Positions 27,842 to 36,680 of a stretch of 64,000 bases of DNA are shown here, piece after piece. The position numbers were made by a program, and so were the translations under genes. The notes beneath the pieces were generated by a model, which saw only the letters and a list, made by a program, of their open reading frames with translations, did no database searches and had not been told where the DNA came from. The stretch's first letter is position 1. Every line of letters begins with the position of its first letter. Source of the DNA: Nitrospirota bacterium (GTDB taxonomy: Bacteria > Nitrospirota > JACRHJ01); contig JBARKJ010000042.1 in NCBI GenBank assembly GCA_049801375.1, forward strand, positions 28,703-92,702, written 5' to 3'.

Positions 27842-29245
27842 TCATTTTACCACCTTACTGGTTGGAAGCTCTATAGAAAAGGTAGTGCCGGTCCCCAATC
27901 CGCTGTCAACCTTGATATTGCCGCTATGGTTTTTGATTATGCCGTAGCTGACGGATAAACCAAGGCCGGTGCCTCCCACGCCCTTGGTGCTGAAAAACGG
28001 GTCGAATACATGCGGTAGAAATTCCGGAGATATCCCCAGGCCCGTATCCGTTACGCAAATCTCGATCATGTCCTTTTTCTTATTATGTTTTGCCCCGACA
28101 TTCAGCCAGCCGCCCTCCGGCATAGCCTGCGATGCATTTACCATAAGGTTTACAAGGACCTGTTGTATCTGGTGCTGGTCGACCATGACGTGAGGAAGCT
28201 TGTTCCTTAGGTTCGTATGTACTTCTATCTTGTTTATATCCAGCATGTTCTGCACAAGGTTAAGGGAGGTGCGGATAACGTCTTTAATGTCGGCGTCACC
28301 GAAAACCGCCATCTTGGGCTTTGAGAAATCAAGCAGGTTCCTCACTATCTTTTTTATTCTGTCTGCCTCGGACTCGACCTTCTTCATAAACTCGATGCGG
28401 TCTTGCCGGCCCATGCTGTCATAGACCTCGGCATAAGTCTGGGCTATCATGGATATGTTGTTCAACGGGTTTGTTATCTCGTGCGCCACGCCCGCGGTCA
28501 GTATGCCCATCGAGGCCAGCTTTTTGGACTGAAGCAGTTCCTCTTCGTGGGTCTTCAATTCCTCTGACATGGAGTTTACCGCTTTTATGACGGAACCAAG
28601 CTCGTCGTTCGATTCCACTCCGTCGATCTTTTCGAAATTACCCGACGCTATGGAGTTGGCCAGGGCTTCTATTTTTCTGAGCGATATTAAAATTTTTTGC
28701 GAAACCAGATGGCTTACTGCTATCGCGGAAAGGATTATGCCTATTACGGAAAACAGCATAATCTGTTTGGTGCTGGAGAGGATTTTCCCTACCCTTGCCC
28801 GCTCCAAATGGGTCATCGATTCAGAGAATTCCCGAAGTTTTTTGCCCTCGGCCCTGAGCTTTGTCTCGCATTTCCGGTCCTTATTATCGCAAGTTATGAT
28901 GGACTCGCTGACCGCACGGTAGTAATCATCGATGTCTGACTTGATCGTAAGCAGGTTTTCGTTTCCAACCGCGCGGGAAATATCGTTACTCGCTGATTCC
29001 ACGGTACTCTTAGCGGTTTTTAACTTGTCCTGTATTTCGGTCAGCGCGGATTGGTCATTGTAGAGGAAGTAGTTCTTCTCTGAGAGCCGCATCTCCAGGA
29101 AGGAGGCGTTCAAGTCGTCGGCAATCTCCACGAAGCGAAGCTTCGTGAGCACGACATTCAGCGACTGAACGGCAAAAAAGCCTATCAGCATCATGAGGCC
29201 AACATTTACAATGTTGGACGTCACTATCTTCTGCTCTATTTTCAT
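27842..29245 (-). CDS. Membrane sensor histidine kinase (two TM segments, extracytoplasmic sensor, HisKA + HATPase_c)
   Basis: 467 aa. TM1 is VGLMMLIGFFAV. A periplasmic region of about 150 aa is followed by TM2 LFSVIGIILSAIAV. The H-box is VAHEITNPLNNI and the ATPase motifs are DTGLGI and GTGLGLSVSYGII. Confidence 0.75.
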   Translation of the reverse strand: MKIEQKIVTSNIVNVGLMMLIGFFAVQSLNVVLTKLRFVEIADDLNASFLEMRLSEKNYFLYNDQSALTEIQDKLKTAKSTVESASNDISRAVGNENLLTIKSDIDDYYRAVSESIITCDNKDRKCETKLRAEGKKLREFSESMTHLERARVGKILSSTKQIMLFSVIGIILSAIAVSHLVSQKILISLRKIEALANSIASGNFEKIDGVESNDELGSVIKAVNSMSEELKTHEEELLQSKKLASMGILTAGVAHEITNPLNNISMIAQTYAEVYDSMGRQDRIEFMKKVESEADRIKKIVRNLLDFSKPKMAVFGDADIKDVIRTSLNLVQNMLDINKIEVHTNLRNKLPHVMVDQHQIQQVLVNLMVNASQAMPEGGWLNVGAKHNKKKDMIEICVTDTGLGISPEFLPHVFDPFFSTKGVGGTGLGLSVSYGIIKNHSGNIKVDSGLGTGTTFSIELPTSKVVK

Positions 29246-29353
29246 ATATCCCTCAGGCGGCAGGCTATGTTAAAACCCGGCCTGGCTTCAGGAAAGCGGC
29301 CGTCATGCGATACGTGCCAACCACAGGATTAAACTTCCTTCCCGACTAAACCG

Positions 29354-30127
29354 TCAATGCGCACCCCCACCCTTCCCAAAAATGATCCCGACGCCGAAGC
29401 CTGCGGTTATCGCCGAGACGATGGCAAGTATGCCGTACAAAGCGCCCTGGTTTTTGGCCATATCCGCAAGCTTCTTCACAACACCCACCTGCTCCACGGT
29501 CACTTTGGACGAGGCTTGTTCAACTACTTTCTTGTCCTTTACCGCATAGACCGTGACCAGGTAATCTCCGGGGGGCGCCTGATAAGGCCAAGCGAACTTC
29601 ATGGAATACTTCTGCTTGCCGCCTTCGCTGGATATCTGGAAATTGGCGAAGGAATTAGCGAAAAGTTTCTTTGATTCCTTATACCTTATAAATTCGCCGA
29701 ACCACTTGTTCTTTTCCGCCTGGTCTTTTGCCGGCTCCATGTTCATGTGTCGTTCCAGGGCGGGATAGCCGAGCACACAGCGGTCCTGTTCGCATACGGC
29801 CAGCATCTCGTCGAGCTTTCTTGAACAGCGGACGAAATACAGGTTAGGCACCTTCTCGCATTTCAGCTCGCCGACATTCATCCACAGCGCTCCGGCTACC
29901 TTGCCTTTCATCTTGAGTGCCTGGTGGCATTCCGGGGAGGTCACGGCTATTATATAGTCATCCCCCGGGTCGGAGAGGCCTGAGACGCTGACCTCGCTCC
30001 CGGCGTAAAAGAAGCCTATGGATATATGGTCCTGGCTTGTTTCCGCGGTGAGAAACGCAGAAGCCCCCGTCGAGAACGCCCCTATAAATAAAACCGTCAA
30101 AGCAAGAGATAATATTTTAATTTTCAT
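29354..30127 (-). CDS. Secreted, C-terminally membrane-anchored protein of unknown function, translationally coupled to the TauE permease
   Basis: Trimmed to MKIKILSLALTVLFIGAFSTGASA, a signal peptide. The start codon lies 2 nt after the TauE stop. The C-terminal TM helix is ILAIVSAITAGFGVGIIFG. There are no recognisable catalytic motifs. Confidence 0.5.
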   Translation of the reverse strand: MKIKILSLALTVLFIGAFSTGASAFLTAETSQDHISIGFFYAGSEVSVSGLSDPGDDYIIAVTSPECHQALKMKGKVAGALWMNVGELKCEKVPNLYFVRCSRKLDEMLAVCEQDRCVLGYPALERHMNMEPAKDQAEKNKWFGEFIRYKESKKLFANSFANFQISSEGGKQKYSMKFAWPYQAPPGDYLVTVYAVKDKKVVEQASSKVTVEQVGVVKKLADMAKNQGALYGILAIVSAITAGFGVGIIFGKGGGAH

Positions 30128-30129
30128 TA

Positions 30130-31065
30130 TTAATGGCCTCCTCCCATACCAAGAAGCAGTGACGGCGTAAGCGTGAGGTCGAATATCATTTTTACCGTTA
30201 CGATGAGCGCGATCGCCGCGAGCAGTATCTTCAACTGGTCCGCCTTCAGCTTTCTGCCGAAGTAAGTCCCTACCTGAGCGCCAAGTGTCGAACCCAGAAG
30301 AAGCAGGACGGCTAAAACAAAGTCCACGGTGTGGTTTGTGTAGGCTTGCAGGAACGTGACCTCGATACACGTGAACAGTATCTGGAAAAGGCTCGTGCCG
30401 ACAACGACGTGCATGGGCATCCTTAAGATATAGACCATTACCGGGACCATCAGGAAGCCGCCGCCCACACCCATAACTGCAGCCAGGACGCCGACAATCC
30501 AGCCGAAGAAGATCGGAACGATCAAGGAATGCGTGACGCCCGACTTTTCGAACCGGCTCTGGAGCGGAAGACTGGCCAGGAATCTGACCATCCCCGATTC
30601 GCTGGCAGGCTTTGCCTTGCTTGCGTCCGCTGCGGCTGGCGCCTTTTTCTTTTTCATGCTGGAAAAGCTCTCATAGAACATATAGGTGCCGATTATGCCG
30701 AGCATTATCACATAAGTCATTTTGATTACGAAATCCGCGTTGCCCGTGGCCTTCAGTATCTTCATGGCCTGCACGCCGAAAAGGCCGCCGGTGAAGCCGC
30801 CCACCAGGAGGTACGCGCCCATTTTGAAATCAACGTTGCCGACCTTCCAGTGCGCGTAAGTCCCGGAAGACGAGGCCGCCACTATCTGGTTCGAGTCAGT
30901 CGCCGCCGCGACCGTGGAAGGTATCCCGAACATTATCAAGAGCGGGGTCATAAGCCATCCGCCGCCCACGCCAAATAGGCCGGAAAGAAGCCCGACGGCC
31001 AGTCCTAGACCGACCGGGACCAGTATGTTTATGCTTGTGAGTGCGACAGGCAGATACAGGTGCAT
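30130..31065 (-). CDS. TauE/SafE family sulfite/anion exporter-like permease (DUF81), two-repeat architecture
   Basis: 311 aa. It has 7-8 TM helices and internally duplicated GxGGG motifs (FGVGGGWLMTPLL and MGVGGGFLMVPVM), which are diagnostic of the TauE/SafE family. Confidence 0.75.
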   Translation of the reverse strand: MHLYLPVALTSINILVPVGLGLAVGLLSGLFGVGGGWLMTPLLIMFGIPSTVAAATDSNQIVAASSSGTYAHWKVGNVDFKMGAYLLVGGFTGGLFGVQAMKILKATGNADFVIKMTYVIMLGIIGTYMFYESFSSMKKKKAPAAADASKAKPASESGMVRFLASLPLQSRFEKSGVTHSLIVPIFFGWIVGVLAAVMGVGGGFLMVPVMVYILRMPMHVVVGTSLFQILFTCIEVTFLQAYTNHTVDFVLAVLLLLGSTLGAQVGTYFGRKLKADQLKILLAAIALIVTVKMIFDLTLTPSLLLGMGGGH

Positions 31066-31113
31066 GATTTTAATCCTCCATGTTTTTGAGGCCGGTCCCG
31101 AATCCGGGCCCGC

Positions 31114-31479
31114 CTATGCCGATTTTGCCGGCTTGGCGATTGTGACCACTTGCGTAGTCGCTGATTTCAAAAGTCTGTTCAGCTCTCTTGTCGAAAGCCT
31201 TTCATTTCCGGTCACGGTCGCGCCCAGCAGCACCGTCTCGACGTTCAACTGCTTCAAGGCCTCGCGTATCGCCGGGAGAAATTCTTTTTCAGAACTGATT
31301 ATTTCGGTCTTTATTCCGCCGTTGCCGTTACCGGGCGGCCTGGCGCTTGTCTCGGATTCGGACGCGGGAGACTGTATCAAAAGGATCGACAGGTCCTTGT
31401 CGAGAGTCCGGGCAAGCTCTATCGCGTAAGACAGCCCGTCATCGTTCTGGTAAGTTACAAATAGCAGGCTTCTCCTCAT
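31114..31479 (-). CDS. Small hypothetical protein (possible USP- or DsrE-like alpha/beta fold)
   Basis: About 121 aa from the ATG at 31479 (MRRSLLFVTYQNDDGLSYAIELARTL...). The RBS gggaggtgg lies directly upstream. It is the first gene downstream of a sigma54-type promoter. The fold assignment is tentative. Confidence 0.4.
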   Translation of the reverse strand: MRRSLLFVTYQNDDGLSYAIELARTLDKDLSILLIQSPASESETSARPPGNGNGGIKTEIISSEKEFLPAIREALKQLNVETVLLGATVTGNERLSTRELNRLLKSATTQVVTIAKPAKSA

Positions 31480-31511
31480 TCCCACCTCCCGGTTAAACTA
31501 ATCAGTTATGT

Positions 31512-31527
31512 AGCAATAAGGATGCCA
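31512..31527 (-). promoter_or_regulatory. Sigma54 (RpoN) -24/-12 promoter
   Basis: The minus-strand sequence is TGGCATccttaTTGCT. GG and GC are spaced exactly as in the consensus TGGCAC-N5-TTGCW. It lies about 30 nt upstream of the ATG at 31479 and immediately downstream of a gene for an NtrC-type sigma54 activator. Confidence 0.55.
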
Positions 31528-31610
31528 GAATGTAAATAATTGAAAAGACAGGGTTTTACTTAGAAGTACAAGAAGGGGTATTGTTGCAATATGAAACTAC
31601 TTTGAACGGC

Positions 31611-32942
31611 TTATTCGTTTTTCATTATCCTCCAAAGGCTCGTGCGGGATATCCCCAATGCCTCCGCAGCCTTTGTTTTATTACCTCCAAGGATATCCAG
31701 AACCCTTTCTACATAAGCCCGATTCAAAGCGTCGATGGTCTTTATCTCGCCAGGCTCGAATGTATCAATCTGAAACATCTTGAGACTCTGCGGCAGGCTC
31801 TCCGGGGTTATCTCATGGCTTCTTTCAAGGATAGTAGCGCGCTCGATAATATTTTCAAGCTCCCGTACATTGCCCGGATACGTGTAATCCTTAAGGATTT
31901 TCATCGCGGCCTTGTTTATCCCGGAAATTTTTTTGCGGGACTTCGGCAGGTGCTTTTCGAGCAAGAACCTGGCAAGAGGCTCTATATCGTCCTTCCGTTC
32001 GCGAAGCGGCGGGATGAATATTTCCATCACGTTCAGCCGGTAGTACAAGTCCTCGCGGAACCTGCCTTCGGCTATGACGGACTTCACGTTCCGGTTGGTT
32101 GCGGCTATGAACCGGACATCGACGCTTACCGTCTTAGTCCCGCCGACCCGGTAAAACTCGCCCTCCTCGATGACCTTGAGGAGCTTCGCCTGGAGGCTAG
32201 GCGCCATTTCGGCTATCTCGTCTAGAAAAAGAGTGCCGGTGTCCGCAATCTCGACCAGGCCCTGCTTTTTCTTTACCGCGCCCGTGAAAGCTCCCCGCTC
32301 GTGACCGAACAGCTCGCTCGCCAGCAGCTCCTCCGTAAGGGTGGCGCAGTTCAGAGACAGAAAAGGCGCATCCTGCCTCCGGCTCGTATAGTGGATTATC
32401 TTGGCAAGGAGGCTCTTGCCCACGCCGGACTCGCCCGTCAGGAAGATGTTGCATTCCGATTCCTTCAGGCTTTCGATGATCCTGAGGATCTCGTTCATGC
32501 TGGGGCTCTTGGCGATTATGGAAATCTTTCGCTGTTCGCTTGATATTGTGCGGACAGGCAGGCTCTGCTTGACAAGCCCCTTCCGCTCGAAGATCTTCCT
32601 GACCGTCGCAACCAGCTCGTCCAGCACGAAAGGCTTCGTAATATAATCCAGCGCCCCGAGCTTGATCGCCTCCAGCGCCGAATCAATACTTCCGTAGCCA
32701 GTTATTATAATTACATCGACCTCCGGGTGTTTCTCCTTCACTTTGGGCAGCAGGTCAAGACCCGTCATCCCCGGCATCTTTATGTCCGCGATGAGAAGGT
32801 CGAAATCACGCTCCTCGAGCGCCCTCCAGGCGTCCAGCCCGTTATATACGGACATCACCCTGTGGCCTTCCCTTTCCAGGGTGCTCTTCAAATGCTTCTG
32901 CGTTATCTCCTCGTCCTCGGCTATCAGGATGTCATACGGCAT
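31611..32942 (-). CDS. Sigma54-dependent Fis-family response regulator (NtrC-like: REC + AAA+ sigma54-interaction + HTH)
   Basis: 443 aa. The REC reads ILIAEDEE...IADIKMPGMTG. The AAA+ domain has GESGVGKS (Walker A) and the GAFTGA motif, which contacts sigma54. The C-terminal HTH is Fis-type. Confidence 0.85.
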   Translation of the reverse strand: MPYDILIAEDEEITQKHLKSTLEREGHRVMSVYNGLDAWRALEERDFDLLIADIKMPGMTGLDLLPKVKEKHPEVDVIIITGYGSIDSALEAIKLGALDYITKPFVLDELVATVRKIFERKGLVKQSLPVRTISSEQRKISIIAKSPSMNEILRIIESLKESECNIFLTGESGVGKSLLAKIIHYTSRRQDAPFLSLNCATLTEELLASELFGHERGAFTGAVKKKQGLVEIADTGTLFLDEIAEMAPSLQAKLLKVIEEGEFYRVGGTKTVSVDVRFIAATNRNVKSVIAEGRFREDLYYRLNVMEIFIPPLRERKDDIEPLARFLLEKHLPKSRKKISGINKAAMKILKDYTYPGNVRELENIIERATILERSHEITPESLPQSLKMFQIDTFEPGEIKTIDALNRAYVERVLDILGGNKTKAAEALGISRTSLWRIMKNE

Positions 32943-34548
32943 CTGTTCTTGTCTCCTGGATTTCCTTTGGCAACGTTATTTCAAACACTGCGCCGCCGTT
33001 TTTGTTGCCGGCCTTTATCTCCCCGCCGTGCTTTTTCACGATATTGAATACTATCGCTAGACCAAGCCCGGTGCCCTTGTCCTTGGTAGTAAAAAACGGC
33101 TCGAATATTTTTTCCAAGTGCTTCGGGGAAATCCCCGGACCAGTGTCTGATACCGTTATCCTCACGGCGTCCGTGGCGTCCTGTACCGTCACGGCCAGTT
33201 CGCCCATGCCCGCCATCGCATCCATCGCGTTTGCGAAAGTGTTTATGAATACCCGCTCCATCTGGCCGGGGTCCACCGGAATAACGCATGCGAGCGGGGC
33301 CTCAAGCCGGAATTTTATCCCTTCGCCGCTACGTGCGCTGGCATTCTTAGCCAGCCCGTACGCCTCCCGTATCAGAGGCACGATATTAGTCGGCGCAAGC
33401 CTCGGCTCCTGCCCCCGCGCGAACTCAAGGAGGTCCCCGATTATTCCCTTCACGCGCTCGGTCTGTCCTACTATGTCTCCGATTACCTCTTTTATCTTTG
33501 GCGGCGAATCGTCGTTAACCTGTTCCGCGAGCACCTGCGCCGACAGGTATATATTGTTCAGCGGATTATTAAGCTCGTGCGCCACGCCCGATGCGAGAGT
33601 ACCTATCGCGGCGAGTTTCTTCGTCTGCATCAGCTCTTCGGTTTTCTTCGCAAGTTCCCGTTCCCTTTGCGCGAGCTCTTTTTCCATCGTGTTAAACTTC
33701 TCAACCAGAACGTCTACCTCGTCCTTGTGCGTGGTATCCGAAGTGACCTGCGGCACCCTCGGATAGACCCCCTTACCGGTGTGCTCGACTACGTTTGTCA
33801 GCATTTCAAGCCTCAGCGTCACGCTGCTGAGTATCAAAAAAATCGACCCCAGGCCTATCAGAAGGAAGACCGGGAACACGATCAGCAGGGCGCGCTGCGA
33901 GAGCTTGATAGTGTGCTCGACCCTGTCCCTCGCCGCCCTGTCCAGTTCCTTGATGCTGTCTATGATATCTTCGCCTGTCTTCCTGAGCCCCTTGATGTCG
34001 CCGTCTACCGACTTAAGGCCCGCTACAAGGCTATCATCCGGCGGCAGACCGACGTTCTTCGTCAGGTATTCCGAGCTTTCGAGGGGGCGCTCCATGAAAG
34101 TCATCTCTATCAGGGGGATAGCCTTTCCGTATTTCGAATTTGCCGGTTCCCTCCGCTTTTGCATATCCCTGTCAAGCGAGGCGAGCGACGCTTCAATCCG
34201 GTCGAATTGGGCTATGTATTCCGTTGTCAGGGACTGAAGCCTTAAAAATTTCCCTCCCGCGTCCGTCCGCTTCGTCGCCGAGAGGGTATCCTGAATTTCC
34301 TTTAGATATCTGTGCACCTCGGCTGATTCCTCAGCCGATTTCTGCGGGCCGTACAGAAAGAAGTTTTTTTCATGCCTTCTTATCTGAAGGGAATTCGTGC
34401 GAAGGGTATCCGTCAGTTCGAGAAAGATAATCTCGTTTCGCATTTGAACGAAATTGACGTATTCGAAAATAATAAGGAGGGCGATAATGGACGCGCTGAT
34501 GAGGAATCCAAATGTTATTTTCTTTTTCAGGGACACGGAGCGCCTCAT
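32932..34548 (-). CDS. Membrane sensor histidine kinase (NtrB/AtoS-like), cognate to the NtrC-like regulator
   Basis: 538 aa with two TM segments and a periplasmic domain. The H-box is VAHELNNPLNNI and the ATPase motifs are DTGPGI and GTGLGLAIVFNIV. It overlaps the regulator gene by 11 nt. Confidence 0.8.
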   Translation of the reverse strand: MRRSVSLKKKITFGFLISASIIALLIIFEYVNFVQMRNEIIFLELTDTLRTNSLQIRRHEKNFFLYGPQKSAEESAEVHRYLKEIQDTLSATKRTDAGGKFLRLQSLTTEYIAQFDRIEASLASLDRDMQKRREPANSKYGKAIPLIEMTFMERPLESSEYLTKNVGLPPDDSLVAGLKSVDGDIKGLRKTGEDIIDSIKELDRAARDRVEHTIKLSQRALLIVFPVFLLIGLGSIFLILSSVTLRLEMLTNVVEHTGKGVYPRVPQVTSDTTHKDEVDVLVEKFNTMEKELAQRERELAKKTEELMQTKKLAAIGTLASGVAHELNNPLNNIYLSAQVLAEQVNDDSPPKIKEVIGDIVGQTERVKGIIGDLLEFARGQEPRLAPTNIVPLIREAYGLAKNASARSGEGIKFRLEAPLACVIPVDPGQMERVFINTFANAMDAMAGMGELAVTVQDATDAVRITVSDTGPGISPKHLEKIFEPFFTTKDKGTGLGLAIVFNIVKKHGGEIKAGNKNGGAVFEITLPKEIQETRTDAV

Positions 34549-34696
34549 TTTTCAATTTGAAACATTATAGGCTTTAGGGCATAGGAAGTCCAAAAATTTT
34601 TGCTATAGGTAAAATTATCTGATTCGGCGGATTTCAGGCTTGGATAAGATAAGAAATGATATTTTTCCAAGTAATCAATCTGGACAGGACTCCTTA

Positions 34697-34903
34697 TTAC
34701 ATCATCTTGTGCCCAAGGTGCCATTGTTTACAGAACTCACATTTGTATGGCTGAATATCATCTATTTCTTCTCCGTACTCTTGTTGGGTGTTTAACATGG
34801 CCATGGCTTCCGATTCAGACCTGTACCTCTTTTTACCAGTGCAGGATTTAACTCTATATAACGGGTCCGGAGGTTTATTGCGCTGTTTTTTCTTCATGCT
34901 CAC
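34697..34903 (-). CDS. Small zinc-ribbon-like protein (hypothetical)
   Basis: 68 aa. The RBS aggtgag lies upstream. The cysteines are spaced C-x..C ... CEFCKQWH, a treble-clef or zinc-ribbon pattern. No family assignment. Confidence 0.35.
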   Translation of the reverse strand: MSMKKKQRNKPPDPLYRVKSCTGKKRYRSESEAMAMLNTQQEYGEEIDDIQPYKCEFCKQWHLGHKMM

Positions 34904-34979
34904 CTGTTTTTCGTTGCTCGATTACTCGTGAGAACATCTCTCGATCTAACTTTAACCTTCGGAGTGTTACGCCTTACGC

Positions 34980-35645
34980 CTATATCCCCTTGAACGTGAC
35001 CGCTTCCCGAACGGACCTCCTGGGGCTTCGAAACTTGTTCTGCGGGTCTTCGGCGTCTCCATAACCGAGAGCTATCCCGATTATTATCATAAGGTCGTCT
35101 GGAATATTCAGTTCTTTCCGGATAAGGTCGGGATGGGCCACAAGGGTTACGGCCGGGGCAGAATCGAGGCCGAAGTGACGCGCCGCCAGCATGAGGCTTT
35201 GGGAAAAAAGGCCCAGGTCGAATAGCGACCACGGGGTAAGAGTGCGGTCCATGCAAATGTACGCGACCACCGGCGCATTAAAGAAATGATAATTCACTTC
35301 GGATAAGTCTTTCAGTTCACTTTTGTCCAGACAAACCCGCTCAAGGGTCGCCAAACGTTCGGACCGCAGGGTTTCCATCCGTTTCTGGAGCGCGGGCGGC
35401 CACTCCTTGGGTGCGGCAAGATCGAGATTACGCGCCACGCAGTTTTTCAGGTTTGCAACGTAGGCCTCGCGTAGTCTGTTCAAGACCTCGCCGCTGGCCA
35501 GATAGATTTCCCACGGCTGGGTATTGGCCCAGGAAGGCGCCCTGAGCGCCGCTTCCATGACATTTTCGAGCGTGTTGCGGTCGATGGGGTCAGGCTTGAA
35601 AGCGCGGGCCGTAAACCGTGAGTTCAAAGCATCAATGACGTCCAT
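34980..35645 (-). CDS. Nitroreductase family protein
   Basis: Start at MDVIDALNSRFTARAF (ATG 35645). The nitroreductase N-terminal FMN-binding signature is RF(S/T)xRxF...PS..N.QPW (RAPSWANTQPW). Confidence 0.7.
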   Translation of the reverse strand: MDVIDALNSRFTARAFKPDPIDRNTLENVMEAALRAPSWANTQPWEIYLASGEVLNRLREAYVANLKNCVARNLDLAAPKEWPPALQKRMETLRSERLATLERVCLDKSELKDLSEVNYHFFNAPVVAYICMDRTLTPWSLFDLGLFSQSLMLAARHFGLDSAPAVTLVAHPDLIRKELNIPDDLMIIIGIALGYGDAEDPQNKFRSPRRSVREAVTFKGI

Positions 35646-36288
35646 GAAAATTTCCTCCCTGGCTTCCAATACTCTCTACTATTTCTTCCGAGTTTTTTAC
35701 GATGACTACTTTCTCAAGATTTTTCAAAGACCGCAGATTCGCCTCCTGGTCACTCGAAGATACGCAATCGGAGACAACCACCGGATAGAACCCCCTGTTT
35801 GAGGCGTCACGCGCCGACGACTCGATTCCAATCTCGGTGGATATGCCCGTGAATATCAAAGTAGTTATATGCCTGTTACGCATCATATTCTCGAAATTCG
35901 TGCCGATAAAAATGCTTGCCGTCGCTTTCTCCAGAGTGATATCTCCGTGCGCCGGTTTTACGGTTTCAGATATTTCTCTTTCCCAACAGCCTGATGACAT
36001 GAAGTCAGGCAGTTTGTCGACTTCCTTTACATTAAAACGCCGCATAATGTTGTATATACCCCAGGACGACTGAAACTTCCTTGGTAAGGGAGTTATCAGG
36101 GTATAGACGACAGGCATTTTATTTCTTAATGTCTCCACAAGCGGTTTCAAGTTGCTTAAGAATTCCTCTTGATTGAATATTCTGTCCACAAGGCCGTTCT
36201 GGACATCCCATACGATGAGGCACGAATGATTAGGGTCGATAATTTCCGCCAGGTCCTCATACACGATGACGCCATTTGCATTTATCAT
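35632..36288 (-). CDS. Isochorismatase-family (cysteine-hydrolase-like) protein
   Basis: 218 aa. The characteristic motifs are CLIVWDVQNG and ...LIFTGISTEIGIE..A.D..RGFYPVVVSDC. The position usually occupied by the catalytic Cys appears to be substituted here. Confidence 0.6.
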   Translation of the reverse strand: MINANGVIVYEDLAEIIDPNHSCLIVWDVQNGLVDRIFNQEEFLSNLKPLVETLRNKMPVVYTLITPLPRKFQSSWGIYNIMRRFNVKEVDKLPDFMSSGCWEREISETVKPAHGDITLEKATASIFIGTNFENMMRNRHITTLIFTGISTEIGIESSARDASNRGFYPVVVSDCVSSSDQEANLRSLKNLEKVVIVKNSEEIVESIGSQGGNFHGRH

Positions 36289-36490
36289 TATCTATCGGCT
36301 CCTTTCTGAAAACATATCGTATATCCTCATTTTACCTGAGAGTTAACCGACGTGCAACAATGACCCGCTTTCCGGAGAACCTAACAGTAAAACCGGCGCC
36401 CGGCCTGCGGCTCCGGCATGGAAGGTATTCCGGGCGATAACCGGCATGTGAAGAGAAACAGGATAGCGCTTAGAGAATGAAATCGGCATG

Positions 36491-36524
36491 AAAAAAGCCC
36501 CTGAAGGAACCGGGGGCTTTTTTA
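36491..36524 (-). terminator. Rho-independent terminator, bidirectional in form, downstream of tRNA-Asp
   Basis: The + strand reads AAAAAAGCCCCtgaaggaaccGGGGGCTTTTTT. A GC stem is flanked by an A-run on one side and a T-run on the other. Confidence 0.6.
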
Positions 36525-36529
36525 TTTGT

Positions 36530-36606
36530 TGGCGGGGACGACGAGGCTCGAACTCGCGACCTCCTACGTGACAGGCAGGCGCTCTAACCAACTGAGCTAC
36601 GTCCCC
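36530..36606 (-). tRNA. tRNA-Asp (anticodon GTC), CCA encoded
   Basis: Reverse complement GGGGACGTAGCTCAGTTGGTTAGAGCGCCTGCCTGTCACGTAGGAGGTCGCGAGTTCGAGCCTCGTCGTCCCCGCCA. It gives a full cloverleaf. The acceptor is 7 bp, the D-loop is AGTTGGTTA, the anticodon loop is CTGTCAC and the T-loop is TTCGAGC. Confidence 0.9.
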
Positions 36607-36680
36607 CAACTTGGAATTATATCAAAATCCGGAAAGCTCGGAATTTATACTATATTTAGGGGTCTTAGTCAAGACCTTTT

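Noticed and set aside
30128-30370. N-terminal 81-aa extension of ORF 29354-30370
   Set aside because: It overlaps the 3' end of the TauE gene in another frame. A signal peptide begins at the internal ATG at 30127, which is translationally coupled to the TauE stop.
36343-36609. 88-aa minus-strand ORF
   Set aside because: It overlaps the tRNA-Asp gene and its terminator.
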